DNA from: Pyrolobus fumarii 1A
Lineage (GTDB): Archaea; Thermoproteota; Thermoprotei_A; Sulfolobales; Pyrodictiaceae
Reading direction: 5' to 3'
Length of the DNA: 32,000 nt
Assembly (NCBI RefSeq): GCF_000223395.1
Contig: NC_015931.1
Location: forward strand, 60,001 to 92,000
Shown here: in pieces, positions 1-7,882 of the stretch
Position numbering within the stretch: position 1 is the stretch's first letter
How the letters are laid out: each line of letters starts with the position of its first letter
The notes under the pieces: generated by a model
The model's database searches: none
Seen by the model: only the letters and a program-made list of their open reading frames with translations
What the model was told of the DNA's origin: nothing
Made by a program: the position numbers and the translations under genes

Positions 1-79
1 AGCCCGACCATGACGAAACAGTATGATTAACATGTCGTTCGCCAAAATCCAGGACCAAAACCTGGGGCTATAGGTGTGT

Positions 80-982
80 TTACCGCCTCCTCTCCCTTGC
101 GCTAAGCTCTTCAGCCACTTTACAAGCGCTTCTATCGCCCTTGCTGCATCTCTCGCGGTTCTCGAGCCACTCTTTATACCAGTCTGGGAGCGTCTCGTAG
201 AGCGGCGTGAGGGGATCCTCAACACCAGCTGCCATGAAGGCTCTTAGCCTCGACTTGCAAGCCGGGCATCTACCGCAGGGCTTCTCGCCACCACGGTAGC
301 AACTCCAGGTTAGAGAGTAGTCCATGCCGTGCTCAACGCCCCACCTTATGATGAACCATTTGGGTTTGTCGACGAACGGCGCATGTATCCGCACCAGGCT
401 CTTGCCCTCGAAGACCCTCCCACTGCCAAGGTTAACTGCGAGCTCAAGAGCGTCGACAAACTCGCGACGCGTGTCCGGGTATACCGGCTCGTCCATCGAC
501 CAGTCACTCCGGTGGAACCCAACGCTCAACACGCCAAGCTCCGCATCATGGGCCACAAGCAACATCTCTAGAATAGACGCGGCATGCGCGAGCAACACGA
601 GGTTACGCTGAGGCACGTAGGTAACCGGGACCTTGCCGGGCTCAAGCGTCTCGGGAACTTCAATGCTTTTATCGGTGAGCGCTGATACGCCAAGTCCTAT
701 GACCTCCGACCCGCTCAGCCCCCTTATCTCTACAACAAGATGCTTGAAGCCGTAACGCTCAGCAAACCTCCTGGCCGACTCTATCTCCCGCGAGTGCCTC
801 TGACCATAGCTGAGCGTGAGTGCATACGCGTAACACTCGACACCCTCACCACAATACTCGTGCTTGGCGTGCAAGGCGGCCGTAGTGCTGTCCACGCCAC
901 CAGAGACAAGCCCGAGAATCACAACGCGTTTTGCCACGTTGCCCCGCCGAGTATATCGGTCAGTAGGGTCCGGCTTAATCAT
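80..982 (-). CDS. queC: 7-cyano-7-deazaguanine synthase (QueC), archaeosine/preQ0 pathway
   Basis: 300-aa ORF with an ATG start at 982. It has the PP-loop motif LGLVSGGVDS near the N-terminus and the C-terminal Zn-type cluster CYRGGEKPCGRCPACKSR typical of QueC. Confidence 0.9.
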   Translation of the reverse strand: MIKPDPTDRYTRRGNVAKRVVILGLVSGGVDSTTAALHAKHEYCGEGVECYAYALTLSYGQRHSREIESARRFAERYGFKHLVVEIRGLSGSEVIGLGVSALTDKSIEVPETLEPGKVPVTYVPQRNLVLLAHAASILEMLLVAHDAELGVLSVGFHRSDWSMDEPVYPDTRREFVDALELAVNLGSGRVFEGKSLVRIHAPFVDKPKWFIIRWGVEHGMDYSLTWSCYRGGEKPCGRCPACKSRLRAFMAAGVEDPLTPLYETLPDWYKEWLENRERCSKGDRSACKVAEELSARERRR

Positions 983-1029
983 CCCATGTGGTCATTCGAC
1001 CGGACTACCCTCATCACACCACGAGCTTG

Positions 1030-1055
1030 TTTATACCAGAGCGCGGCTCTTATAC
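1030..1055. promoter_or_regulatory. Candidate back-to-back TATA elements for the divergent queC and 1091 genes
   Basis: TTTATA at 1030-1035 reads TATAAA on the minus strand, about 48 nt upstream of the queC ATG. TTATA(C) at 1050-1055 lies about 36 nt upstream of the ATG at 1091. These are the only AT-rich boxes in the 108-nt divergent spacer. Confidence 0.4.
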
Positions 1056-1090
1056 ACGAATGGGTCGCGGCGCCCAGGCGGGGCGGTAAC

Positions 1091-1615
1091 ATGGGCACGG
1101 GCAAGAAGAAGAAGGAGCCCGTGAGCGGTACCAAGAAGGAGCTTGTTATCATAGCTAGGCCCGTCGTCACCCTAGACCAGGTCAAGGGCGATGAGAGGAA
1201 GAAGAACCTCCTAGCCCTCTTCAACCTACTGACCGACAAGGGCGGCATCTACGAGAAGACTCTCAACTACCTACTCTACTGGTTCAAGAGCGAGAAGGGC
1301 ATCGACATGGGCTACAACTTTGTAATGCTCGGAGACGTTCCATACAGCCGCGAGCTACACGAGGATCTAGTAGCTCTGCTCTACCTCGGCCTCCTAGAGA
1401 CTACCCCGACCAAGAAGATCAGGATAACTAATGAGGGCCGCGAGTTCCTACAGAAGGTCGGCTACGACACTGCACTACTCGAGAAGGTGAAGGAGGCGCT
1501 TGAAGAGTACTGGCCGAAGGCAACAACCATTGACGCGCAGATAGAGCTAGAGACTACCAGACGCGCCACAATGGCAGCCAGGAGGCGCAGAAGGAGAAGT
1601 CTGTTTGGTCTCTAG
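1091..1615 (+). CDS. Conserved-looking hypothetical protein (174 aa) with a Lys-rich N-tail and an Arg-rich C-tail
   Basis: In-frame ATG at 1091. The upstream part of ORF 740..1615 overlaps queC antisense and is rejected. From memory, the segment LNYLLYWF...GDVPYSRELHEDLVALLYLGLLE resembles SocA/Panacea (DUF4065)- or YwgA-type domains. No family is assigned with confidence. Confidence 0.65.
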   Translation: MGTGKKKKEPVSGTKKELVIIARPVVTLDQVKGDERKKNLLALFNLLTDKGGIYEKTLNYLLYWFKSEKGIDMGYNFVMLGDVPYSRELHEDLVALLYLGLLETTPTKKIRITNEGREFLQKVGYDTALLEKVKEALEEYWPKATTIDAQIELETTRRATMAARRRRRRSLFGL

Positions 1616-1869
1616 CGCATCACTCCACCGCCCACCATTTTTACCTGGACGTGCGCCTGGTCACGAGGAGGGCACCGCGAACATCTTGTTTTTGCCCAGC
1701 ACCTCTCTCCCTCAGGAACGCGGCAACTTTGCTCGAGGCAAGGGCGGGTCCCTGGAAAGCCCCTCATCACTTCTCAGCGTAGGCTAAACCGGTCATACCC
1801 GGTTGAATGCCTATCAACCTAGTGCGGGGTTTTCAGCCGCACCGGGTACAAGTTTTGGCGACACCAAGG

Positions 1870-2526
1870 ATGCTCGTGGTATTTGACGTCGATGGCGTGC
1901 TTGTCGCGCCGCGCAGCAGCTGGGACGTTGTACACGAGGCTCTCGGAACCAGCAACGAGGCGAAAGTGTATGCAGAGCTATTCTGGAAGGGCCTCCTCTC
2001 GTACATGGACTGGATGCTTGCAGATACACAGTTATGGCTGAATGCAGAGCCCAGGCTCGACCGAGAGATGCTCGAAGATATACTGTCTGTTGCTGAGCCA
2101 CTACCAGAGGCTATAGAAGCTTCCAATCTGCTTAGACGCAAGGGCGCCGAGATAGTACTCATCAGTGGCGGCATCAACCTCGTAGTGGAGCGTGTCGCGA
2201 AGAGCATCGGTGCCAGGCTCTTCGTCTCGCCGCGCCTCATATTCGATAATAGGGGCAAGCTCTTGCCAGGCGGTATGCCAGTAGTGGAGGCCGATGCCAA
2301 ACACCGATGGCTTCTGAGGTTCACAGCCGAGCTGGGAGTGCCCCTCAACCGGGTGGCTGTGGTAGGCGATACTAGGGTAGACGCGCCTATGATGAGGCTC
2401 TCGGGGTGCGGTGTCGCTGTGAGACCGGCAGATGATGTCGTCGTGAAAGCTGCGGGAGGCAGAGTTGCGCGTGACCCTCTAGAGGCTGCTGAGCTCATCC
2501 TAAACGAGTGTCTAGGACCAGCCTAG
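1870..2526 (+). CDS. HAD-superfamily hydrolase, phosphoserine-phosphatase-like
   Basis: HAD motif I (MLVVFDVDGVL) follows the ATG at 1870 directly. The ISGG and GDTRVDAPM motifs are also present. The ORF track offers an alternative start at 1807. Confidence 0.8.
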   Translation: MLVVFDVDGVLVAPRSSWDVVHEALGTSNEAKVYAELFWKGLLSYMDWMLADTQLWLNAEPRLDREMLEDILSVAEPLPEAIEASNLLRRKGAEIVLISGGINLVVERVAKSIGARLFVSPRLIFDNRGKLLPGGMPVVEADAKHRWLLRFTAELGVPLNRVAVVGDTRVDAPMMRLSGCGVAVRPADDVVVKAAGGRVARDPLEAAELILNECLGPA

Positions 2527-5293
2527 CTTGTAGCCTGGCCATACTCTTCTCAACCACACGTGCTATCTTCATCGCTATTAGTTTCTCCATAGCCCTTCTC
2601 TTGGCCGCCGGGTCCTCAATGAGACTCAACTGTTCTAGGGCATCCGGGTCTATGCGCTTCACAGTTTCTATCAGAAGCGTGTCTGGCGCCCTTACCACGC
2701 TAACCACGGCATCATTAAGTATGGCTATCCCGTCATCTACTTTGCCGCGTGCCACGCTCTCCTTCGCTTTCAACACGCTAGCGGCAAGCTCCTCAAGCCT
2801 ACCCGTCTGCAGAGCATAGGGGACTAGCCTGAGCGCCTCCAGAAGCCTAGCACTGAACACCTCTAGCCTACCCGTATCCACACCACCAGCTTCTCGCCCA
2901 GCACTAGCCGTAAGCGGTTCTACCCCCTGCACGCGAGTCTCCAGGAGATCCGTAGTTACGCCCGTAGTCCCTGCCACGCGACTAACAACACTCTCTTCAC
3001 CGTGTCCACTTCTTTCGCTATTCTCCCTGACCCTACTCGCTGCCCAGATTATCGATGCCAGCCACGCTCTCTCACACAGCTCGTCGCTGCAAACCTCCCT
3101 AGGCTCTCGAAGCTCTTCCGGTAGCTGCTTGATAGCCGCTGAGGCCTCACCCCTTAGAATGTCAAGGGGTTTGATGTGCAACAGTGAACGTGGTACTAGC
3201 CTCTTGGGCGCTTGTATGTACCCCTTGGCGGCCAGAAGATGTATCCATATAGCCGTGTGCTTGCCCCATCCTCTCTCAGCGACCATCAGCCTCGCCACTT
3301 CCTCTACCCTGGCCTTTCCGCCCAGATGCTCCAGGACCTTCAACACACCACGTTCTGGCGGAGACAGAGCTACTCTGTATCTACCATTCTCCTCCACTAT
3401 TACACCGAGTTTTGCAAGGTGCCGCAACGCCATCTCCACATGATCGCTCTTTAAGTGCAGCCCTAGCTTCCCAGCCACTACCACAATGTCCTCGATGCTA
3501 CACTTGACGAGCAGCCCTACTAGCCTAACAATGTCGACCATTACTTCTGGCTTGATGTGAGGCGGGTGCGTGAAAGACGGCAGATATAGCCAACAGTCGC
3601 CGCTCGTTAGGGACTCGACTATCTTCCTGGTAATCTCGTGATCCATTTCAAGCCTAGCTGACAACAGGGCGATTTTGTCAACATCTATGTTGGTGGTCGG
3701 CTTGCAGCCCTTGGTTACAAAGCCGAGCGCTCCTAGTTTCATAAGCGTGATGGGATCAAGGTCGAGCCTTACTATCCTAGAGAGCCCTGCCACCCTACCT
3801 ACATCGCCGAGCGCGACTATAACATGGGGCTTCAAGCTGCTCGTTAACCGCGTCAACCCCGCTATATCGATGCCCGATGGAACTATGGCGATGCGGACAG
3901 TGCTACCCTTGACATGCGTCTCTAGAACCACGCTCCCCTCGATCTCGTTGCACGTCCTACACCTCCAGCTGGCTAAGCATAACAGTGCGGCAAGGCCCTT
4001 AGCCGCGTAGCGAGGGTCACGGTAGGCCTCGCGTAGGGCTTGTCTTCTCAGGTTCTCGTCTGGTATGAAATCGGCTATCGAATCGTGACTACCGTAAACC
4101 CTCCTTATGTGCTCTATCTTGGGCAGCCAGACTACACTCTCGCCACTCTCGTTACACACCTCGGCGCTAGTTGATACAAAGCCTCCCTGCGCAGCTAAGT
4201 GTTGGGCCCAGGCACCACGGATACTCACCACATTGCCATCAGCATCGATGAAGACGCTATCATCGTACGTGTTGCCCCTGCAGGCGCGCCCCTCTAGGAG
4301 CATGTCGCCAAGACTCTTGCCCTCCTCCTCGTTCAACAACAGCGCCAGAAGTGCTGCCACACCAGGCTCGCCGTACTTCTCCTCATACTCGCGAAGCACC
4401 TCTAGATCCAGTCCTGTTGAGAGCACACCAGCTACCATAGGCTCTGATAGTATGCGCACCACGTCGCCGACACTTAGTGGCTTGCACCTTCTTCGCAACC
4501 ATGCGGCCAGAATCCTCCTAGTGTACGCTGCAAGTGTGCCAAGGTTGCCCTTGGACACTTCCACAACGGCGTTGAGAAGCCGTGGGTCCTCTACCGGCAT
4601 ACACCCGCCGCACGCGGCCCGCAACATCGACATTAGCGCTTCTATCATCTCGCCGCGATACAGCGGCTTCAACTCGACTACGCGTATCCTCCTTCTAAAT
4701 CTGCGCCACGCGACCCACGATGCCATCTTTGCATATGCCGTTGGCGACACTGATAGATAGAAGTGCACTCGAGCCTCCGGCACTTCGCCGTCGATGAGCG
4801 CATGCAGCCCTTCTAGCAGAGCCTCCAACATACCCTCACGATAAGTGAGATCCTCAACCTCGTCTATGAAGACGGCTAGTCGGCCTCGCTCCAGGAGTTT
4901 CGAAACAGCTGCACGATAGTCACCGGGTATACTTCCACCCATCACGATAGCCGCTATGCTCGTGAGCAGACGCCACCCTGGCGATACTATCCAAGAGGCT
5001 CTGGCCATCACCTCTGCAAGGGCAGCTGCACGCACCTCTATGGTCTCTACACCGGCTTCTCGCAATCTCGGTTTTACGAAGGCATGCCACGCTGCAGTCT
5101 TGCCCTCACCCCACTCGCCAACCACGACGACTATGATGGGCTCGCGTGACGCCAGAGCCTCTTCAACACTGTCGAGGAGGTCCTCAACAGCTCTCCTCCT
5201 GGACGGCGCCACCGGTGCGCTTCTAACTAGCCACGCCTCCTCCTCGCCGTTTGCGAGGGGTGGCAGCTCTACCTTACACTCAGCCACAACCAC
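2495..5293 (-). CDS. Large P-loop NTPase (932 aa), family unassigned
   Basis: Walker A is IIVVVVGEWGEGKTAAW and Walker B is LAVFIDEVEDL. A hydrophobic stretch, GWRLLTSIAAIVMGGSI, lies between them. The long C-terminal region is helical and wHTH-like. The start is GTG at 5293, and the 3' end overlaps the HAD gene by 32 nt (convergent). Confidence 0.8.
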   Translation of the reverse strand: MVVAECKVELPPLANGEEEAWLVRSAPVAPSRRRAVEDLLDSVEEALASREPIIVVVVGEWGEGKTAAWHAFVKPRLREAGVETIEVRAAALAEVMARASWIVSPGWRLLTSIAAIVMGGSIPGDYRAAVSKLLERGRLAVFIDEVEDLTYREGMLEALLEGLHALIDGEVPEARVHFYLSVSPTAYAKMASWVAWRRFRRRIRVVELKPLYRGEMIEALMSMLRAACGGCMPVEDPRLLNAVVEVSKGNLGTLAAYTRRILAAWLRRRCKPLSVGDVVRILSEPMVAGVLSTGLDLEVLREYEEKYGEPGVAALLALLLNEEEGKSLGDMLLEGRACRGNTYDDSVFIDADGNVVSIRGAWAQHLAAQGGFVSTSAEVCNESGESVVWLPKIEHIRRVYGSHDSIADFIPDENLRRQALREAYRDPRYAAKGLAALLCLASWRCRTCNEIEGSVVLETHVKGSTVRIAIVPSGIDIAGLTRLTSSLKPHVIVALGDVGRVAGLSRIVRLDLDPITLMKLGALGFVTKGCKPTTNIDVDKIALLSARLEMDHEITRKIVESLTSGDCWLYLPSFTHPPHIKPEVMVDIVRLVGLLVKCSIEDIVVVAGKLGLHLKSDHVEMALRHLAKLGVIVEENGRYRVALSPPERGVLKVLEHLGGKARVEEVARLMVAERGWGKHTAIWIHLLAAKGYIQAPKRLVPRSLLHIKPLDILRGEASAAIKQLPEELREPREVCSDELCERAWLASIIWAASRVRENSERSGHGEESVVSRVAGTTGVTTDLLETRVQGVEPLTASAGREAGGVDTGRLEVFSARLLEALRLVPYALQTGRLEELAASVLKAKESVARGKVDDGIAILNDAVVSVVRAPDTLLIETVKRIDPDALEQLSLIEDPAAKRRAMEKLIAMKIARVVEKSMARLQARLVLDTRLG

Positions 5294-5380
5294 ACCCTCA
5301 ACGTAATGGGCGATCGCCGGGTACCGGAGCCTCTCAGCACGGTAACACTAAACGGTAGGCCGCGCGTCCAATAGCGGAGC

Positions 5381-6121
5381 ATGGGTGGAGATGTGCACAT
5401 ACTGGCAGGCATACTCGTAGCAGCTGTCGTATACATTGCCGCATTGCTGGCGGGCATCGAGGGTGCCGCGCTTCCACTAGCCGCCATACTAGCGGGGTTC
5501 CTAGCTAGTGGCATCGTATACATTGTGAAACTACTGGCGAATCTGACGGGAGAGGTGAGGGCAGAGAAGGCATACGAGCTCAGCGAGTGGCTTAACGAGG
5601 CTGTACGCGCGCTTGGCATGCCTGTACGAAGAGTCAGCCTGGTATTCAGTACGAGGGGCCGGGAGGGTTTCCACCTCGTCCAGATACCCGAGGCTAAAGG
5701 CGTCGATATACATCTCCTCGAGAGCCTCCTTCTCTCATCGGCATCCCGTGGAGAGCCATTAGCACATATGGTTCAGCGCGGCACACTAGCCGTTATAATG
5801 GCTGGCCGTATTGCCGCACACCTAGCCGAGGCTATAGAGAGGAGGCGCGGCAAACCACTAGCGAGGATACGCGACACCGAACAACTCAAAAATATCTACA
5901 AGATGCTCCGCGCGATATACCAGAGCGTCACTAACGCGCCCCGAGCAGTAGCAGCCTACATGGCCGTCAAGGCCCTCGGGAGGCTCATAGGCCAGGGACT
6001 GCTATCTTTTCAGGATTGGAGCATCGCCGAGAATGCACTACGATACTTGCCGGCCGAACCACCCTGGATAAAGATCCGGGTAAAACGCCAACTGGCTAAC
6101 GAGACTGAGATCCAGCCTTAA
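5381..6121 (+). CDS. Hypothetical membrane protein (about 2 N-terminal TM helices plus a soluble domain)
   Basis: 246-aa ORF divergent from the NTPase gene. The N-terminus ILAGILVAAVVYIAALLAG...LAAILAGFLASGIVYIV is hydrophobic. No recognisable motif was found. Confidence 0.6.
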   Translation: MGGDVHILAGILVAAVVYIAALLAGIEGAALPLAAILAGFLASGIVYIVKLLANLTGEVRAEKAYELSEWLNEAVRALGMPVRRVSLVFSTRGREGFHLVQIPEAKGVDIHLLESLLLSSASRGEPLAHMVQRGTLAVIMAGRIAAHLAEAIERRRGKPLARIRDTEQLKNIYKMLRAIYQSVTNAPRAVAAYMAVKALGRLIGQGLLSFQDWSIAENALRYLPAEPPWIKIRVKRQLANETEIQP

Positions 6122-6181
6122 CCCACTATCCTACCCGTTTAACACCGGCTGCCCCGGCGACCGGGGCGCAAGCCCCAAGGG

Positions 6182-6514
6182 ATGAACCGGCGGCGTCCCA
6201 CCCCGACGAGCAGGAGGACACGAACCATGAGGCGCCACGATAGTAGGAGTAACGGTAGTCGCTCGCCTCGCAGACTCCCACGCTACGAGTGTGAAGAGAT
6301 ACCATGCATCCACATAGTCATAGACCCGCCCCGCAAACGCTTCGCAGTGTTCATAGAGTATGAGGATGGCGACTACATACACGTTAGCGCCGAGAAGGTG
6401 TTAGAAGCTGCACGCAGAATCGAGGAGCTTCTTCGTAAAAGATGGAGAGAAGCGTCGAGCGAGGAGGTTGACGAGATAGCAGAGAGGTACTTGGAGGCCA
6501 GTAGGGTGGAGTAG
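6182..6514 (+). CDS. Small hypothetical protein (start uncertain; alternative ATG at 6227)
   Basis: 110-aa ORF with an Arg/Ser-rich N-terminus followed by YECEEIPCIHIVIDPP...EYEDGDYIHV and an acidic helix. No family was recognised. Confidence 0.45.
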   Translation: MNRRRPTPTSRRTRTMRRHDSRSNGSRSPRRLPRYECEEIPCIHIVIDPPRKRFAVFIEYEDGDYIHVSAEKVLEAARRIEELLRKRWREASSEEVDEIAERYLEASRVE

Positions 6515-6567
6515 AGCAGGGCTCGGCTTTTGCCGTTCTCGTCACCCTTCCGCGCACCGACTTGTCC

Positions 6568-7626
6568 TCACAGCCCTGGCCAGCCCTTCAACTCGCCAAC
6601 AAGGAACTTATGAATGGCCTGGGCCGCGTCTATACCACTCTTCAACGCAGGCCCTATCTTTGACGGCCCGTGCTTCACATCGCCAGCAGCGAAAACCTTG
6701 CGCCTCGTTGTTCTGAAGAACTCGTCAGTCCATATAGTACCGTCCTGGTTCAGGCGTATACCATGGTTTGTCTCGGGGTCGAATGGGGGTGTTGGCCTCA
6801 GGCCTACCGCTTCCAGCACAGCCGTGACCTCTAGGATGAATTCAGAGCCGGGTATCGGCTCCGGCCTAGGCCTGCCACTCTCATCGGGGGCGCCGAGCCT
6901 CATACGTATCAATTCAACACCACACACTCTACTGTCGCAGCCAACATACCGCTTTGGGGAGACAAGCTCGTGTATATTGACACCCTTCTTCTCCAACATC
7001 TCGAACTCGTTCGGACCAGCCGGCGCCTCCCTCCTCGTCCTGCGATAGACTAGGTGTATCTCCCTAGCCCCCCTCTCCATCGCTATATGGCAAGCGTCTA
7101 TCGCCGTGAACCCACCACCTATAACAGCAACGCGCTCGCCGAGAGCTGGCACACTACTCAACGGCCTATAGCCATACTTTGCCATGAAGTACTCGACTAT
7201 GTACTCCAGTGCACCGTAAACACCCTCTAGCTCCGCACCAGGTATGCGAAGCCTCTTAGTCTTCCATGTACCAGTTGCTATGAGAACCGCGTCAAACTCG
7301 TGTATCAGCTTTTCCAGGCTAACATCACGCCCAACTTCAATACCCGTACGAAACTCTACACCCGCCTCGCGCAGCTCGCGTATACCAGCTCTCACCCTAT
7401 CCTTACGCACCCTAAACTCAGGAATACCGAAAATCAGGAGGCCTCCAGGCTCCGGCATCTTATCAACTACTACAACCTCGTGACCCATACAGACGAGCCT
7501 ACCAGCTGCCCCTAGGCCTGCGGGGCCAGCCCCAATCACTAAGACACTCCCGCGTTTAGCCTCAGGTATATCCTCCGTCCGGCACCCGAGGAATCTCAAA
7601 CCAAGTAACCCGGAGCCGAGCGGCAA
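6568..7626 (-). CDS. GltD/SudA-like FAD/NAD(P)H oxidoreductase lacking the N-terminal Fe-S domain
   Basis: The first dinucleotide fold VLVIGAGPAGLGAAG begins about 28 aa from the start, and the second is VAVIGGGFTAIDAC. The C-terminal FAAGDV motif is present. The protein resembles the glutamate synthase small subunit but lacks the usual Cys-rich N-domain of about 140 aa. A TATA-like AGTATAAG (minus strand, 7644-7651) lies about 20 nt upstream of the TTG start. Confidence 0.85.
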   Translation of the reverse strand: MPLGSGLLGLRFLGCRTEDIPEAKRGSVLVIGAGPAGLGAAGRLVCMGHEVVVVDKMPEPGGLLIFGIPEFRVRKDRVRAGIRELREAGVEFRTGIEVGRDVSLEKLIHEFDAVLIATGTWKTKRLRIPGAELEGVYGALEYIVEYFMAKYGYRPLSSVPALGERVAVIGGGFTAIDACHIAMERGAREIHLVYRRTRREAPAGPNEFEMLEKKGVNIHELVSPKRYVGCDSRVCGVELIRMRLGAPDESGRPRPEPIPGSEFILEVTAVLEAVGLRPTPPFDPETNHGIRLNQDGTIWTDEFFRTTRRKVFAAGDVKHGPSKIGPALKSGIDAAQAIHKFLVGELKGWPGL

Positions 7627-7660
7627 GGACCCAGGACTTTAGGCTTATACTGGATTAGAA

Positions 7661-7721
7661 CGCCCCTAAGCCAGCCATCCGTCATCACACGTCAGGATAC
7701 AGCAGGCTCTTCACCGGGGCG
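7661..7721 (-). ncRNA. Candidate C/D-box sRNA (61 nt), tentative
   Basis: Minus-strand reading: CGCCCC-G-GUGAAGA-(12 nt)-CUGA-CGU-GUGAUGA-(11 nt)-CUUA-GGGGCG. The internal D'/C' boxes are perfect, the guide spacers are the canonical 12 and 11 nt, and the 6-bp terminal stem is perfect. The terminal C and D boxes each carry one mismatch (GUGAAGA, CUUA). Confidence 0.3.
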
Positions 7722-7882
7722 GGCCTCGCCAGCCGCCCCACCCTAAGAGGATGGATGGATTGTGCGCCGAGGGGGCGGTATGTCTAATGCACGCCCCGCT
7801 CGGCAAGAGTGGGGCGGCGGCTCATCGGCCCAGGAGGATTATAACTTGTAAAAAGGCGGGTTTAGAGGTAGCGGTCTTGCCT

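Noticed and set aside
740-1090. N-terminal extension of ORF 740..1615
   Set aside because: It overlaps the queC coding sequence antisense and has an odd composition. A TATA-like box and an in-frame ATG at 1091 give a compact, sensible protein.
1712-1777. Second possible C/D-box sRNA on the minus strand (GUGAUGA at 1764-1770, CUGA 48 nt downstream at 1712-1715, plus an adjacent CUGA-GAA-GUGAUGA arrangement)
   Set aside because: The box spacing is right. However, no acceptable D'/C' boxes occur at the required positions, there is no terminal stem, and the alternative registration lacks a C box. It is too weak to call.
3129-5306. Plus-strand ORFs antisense to the 932-aa NTPase gene (for example 4107-4760 at 217 aa, 3675-4010 and 4956-5306)
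   Set aside because: Their Ser/Thr/Pro/Arg-rich translations are typical of the antisense frame of a GC-rich gene. The sense ORF has clear Walker motifs.
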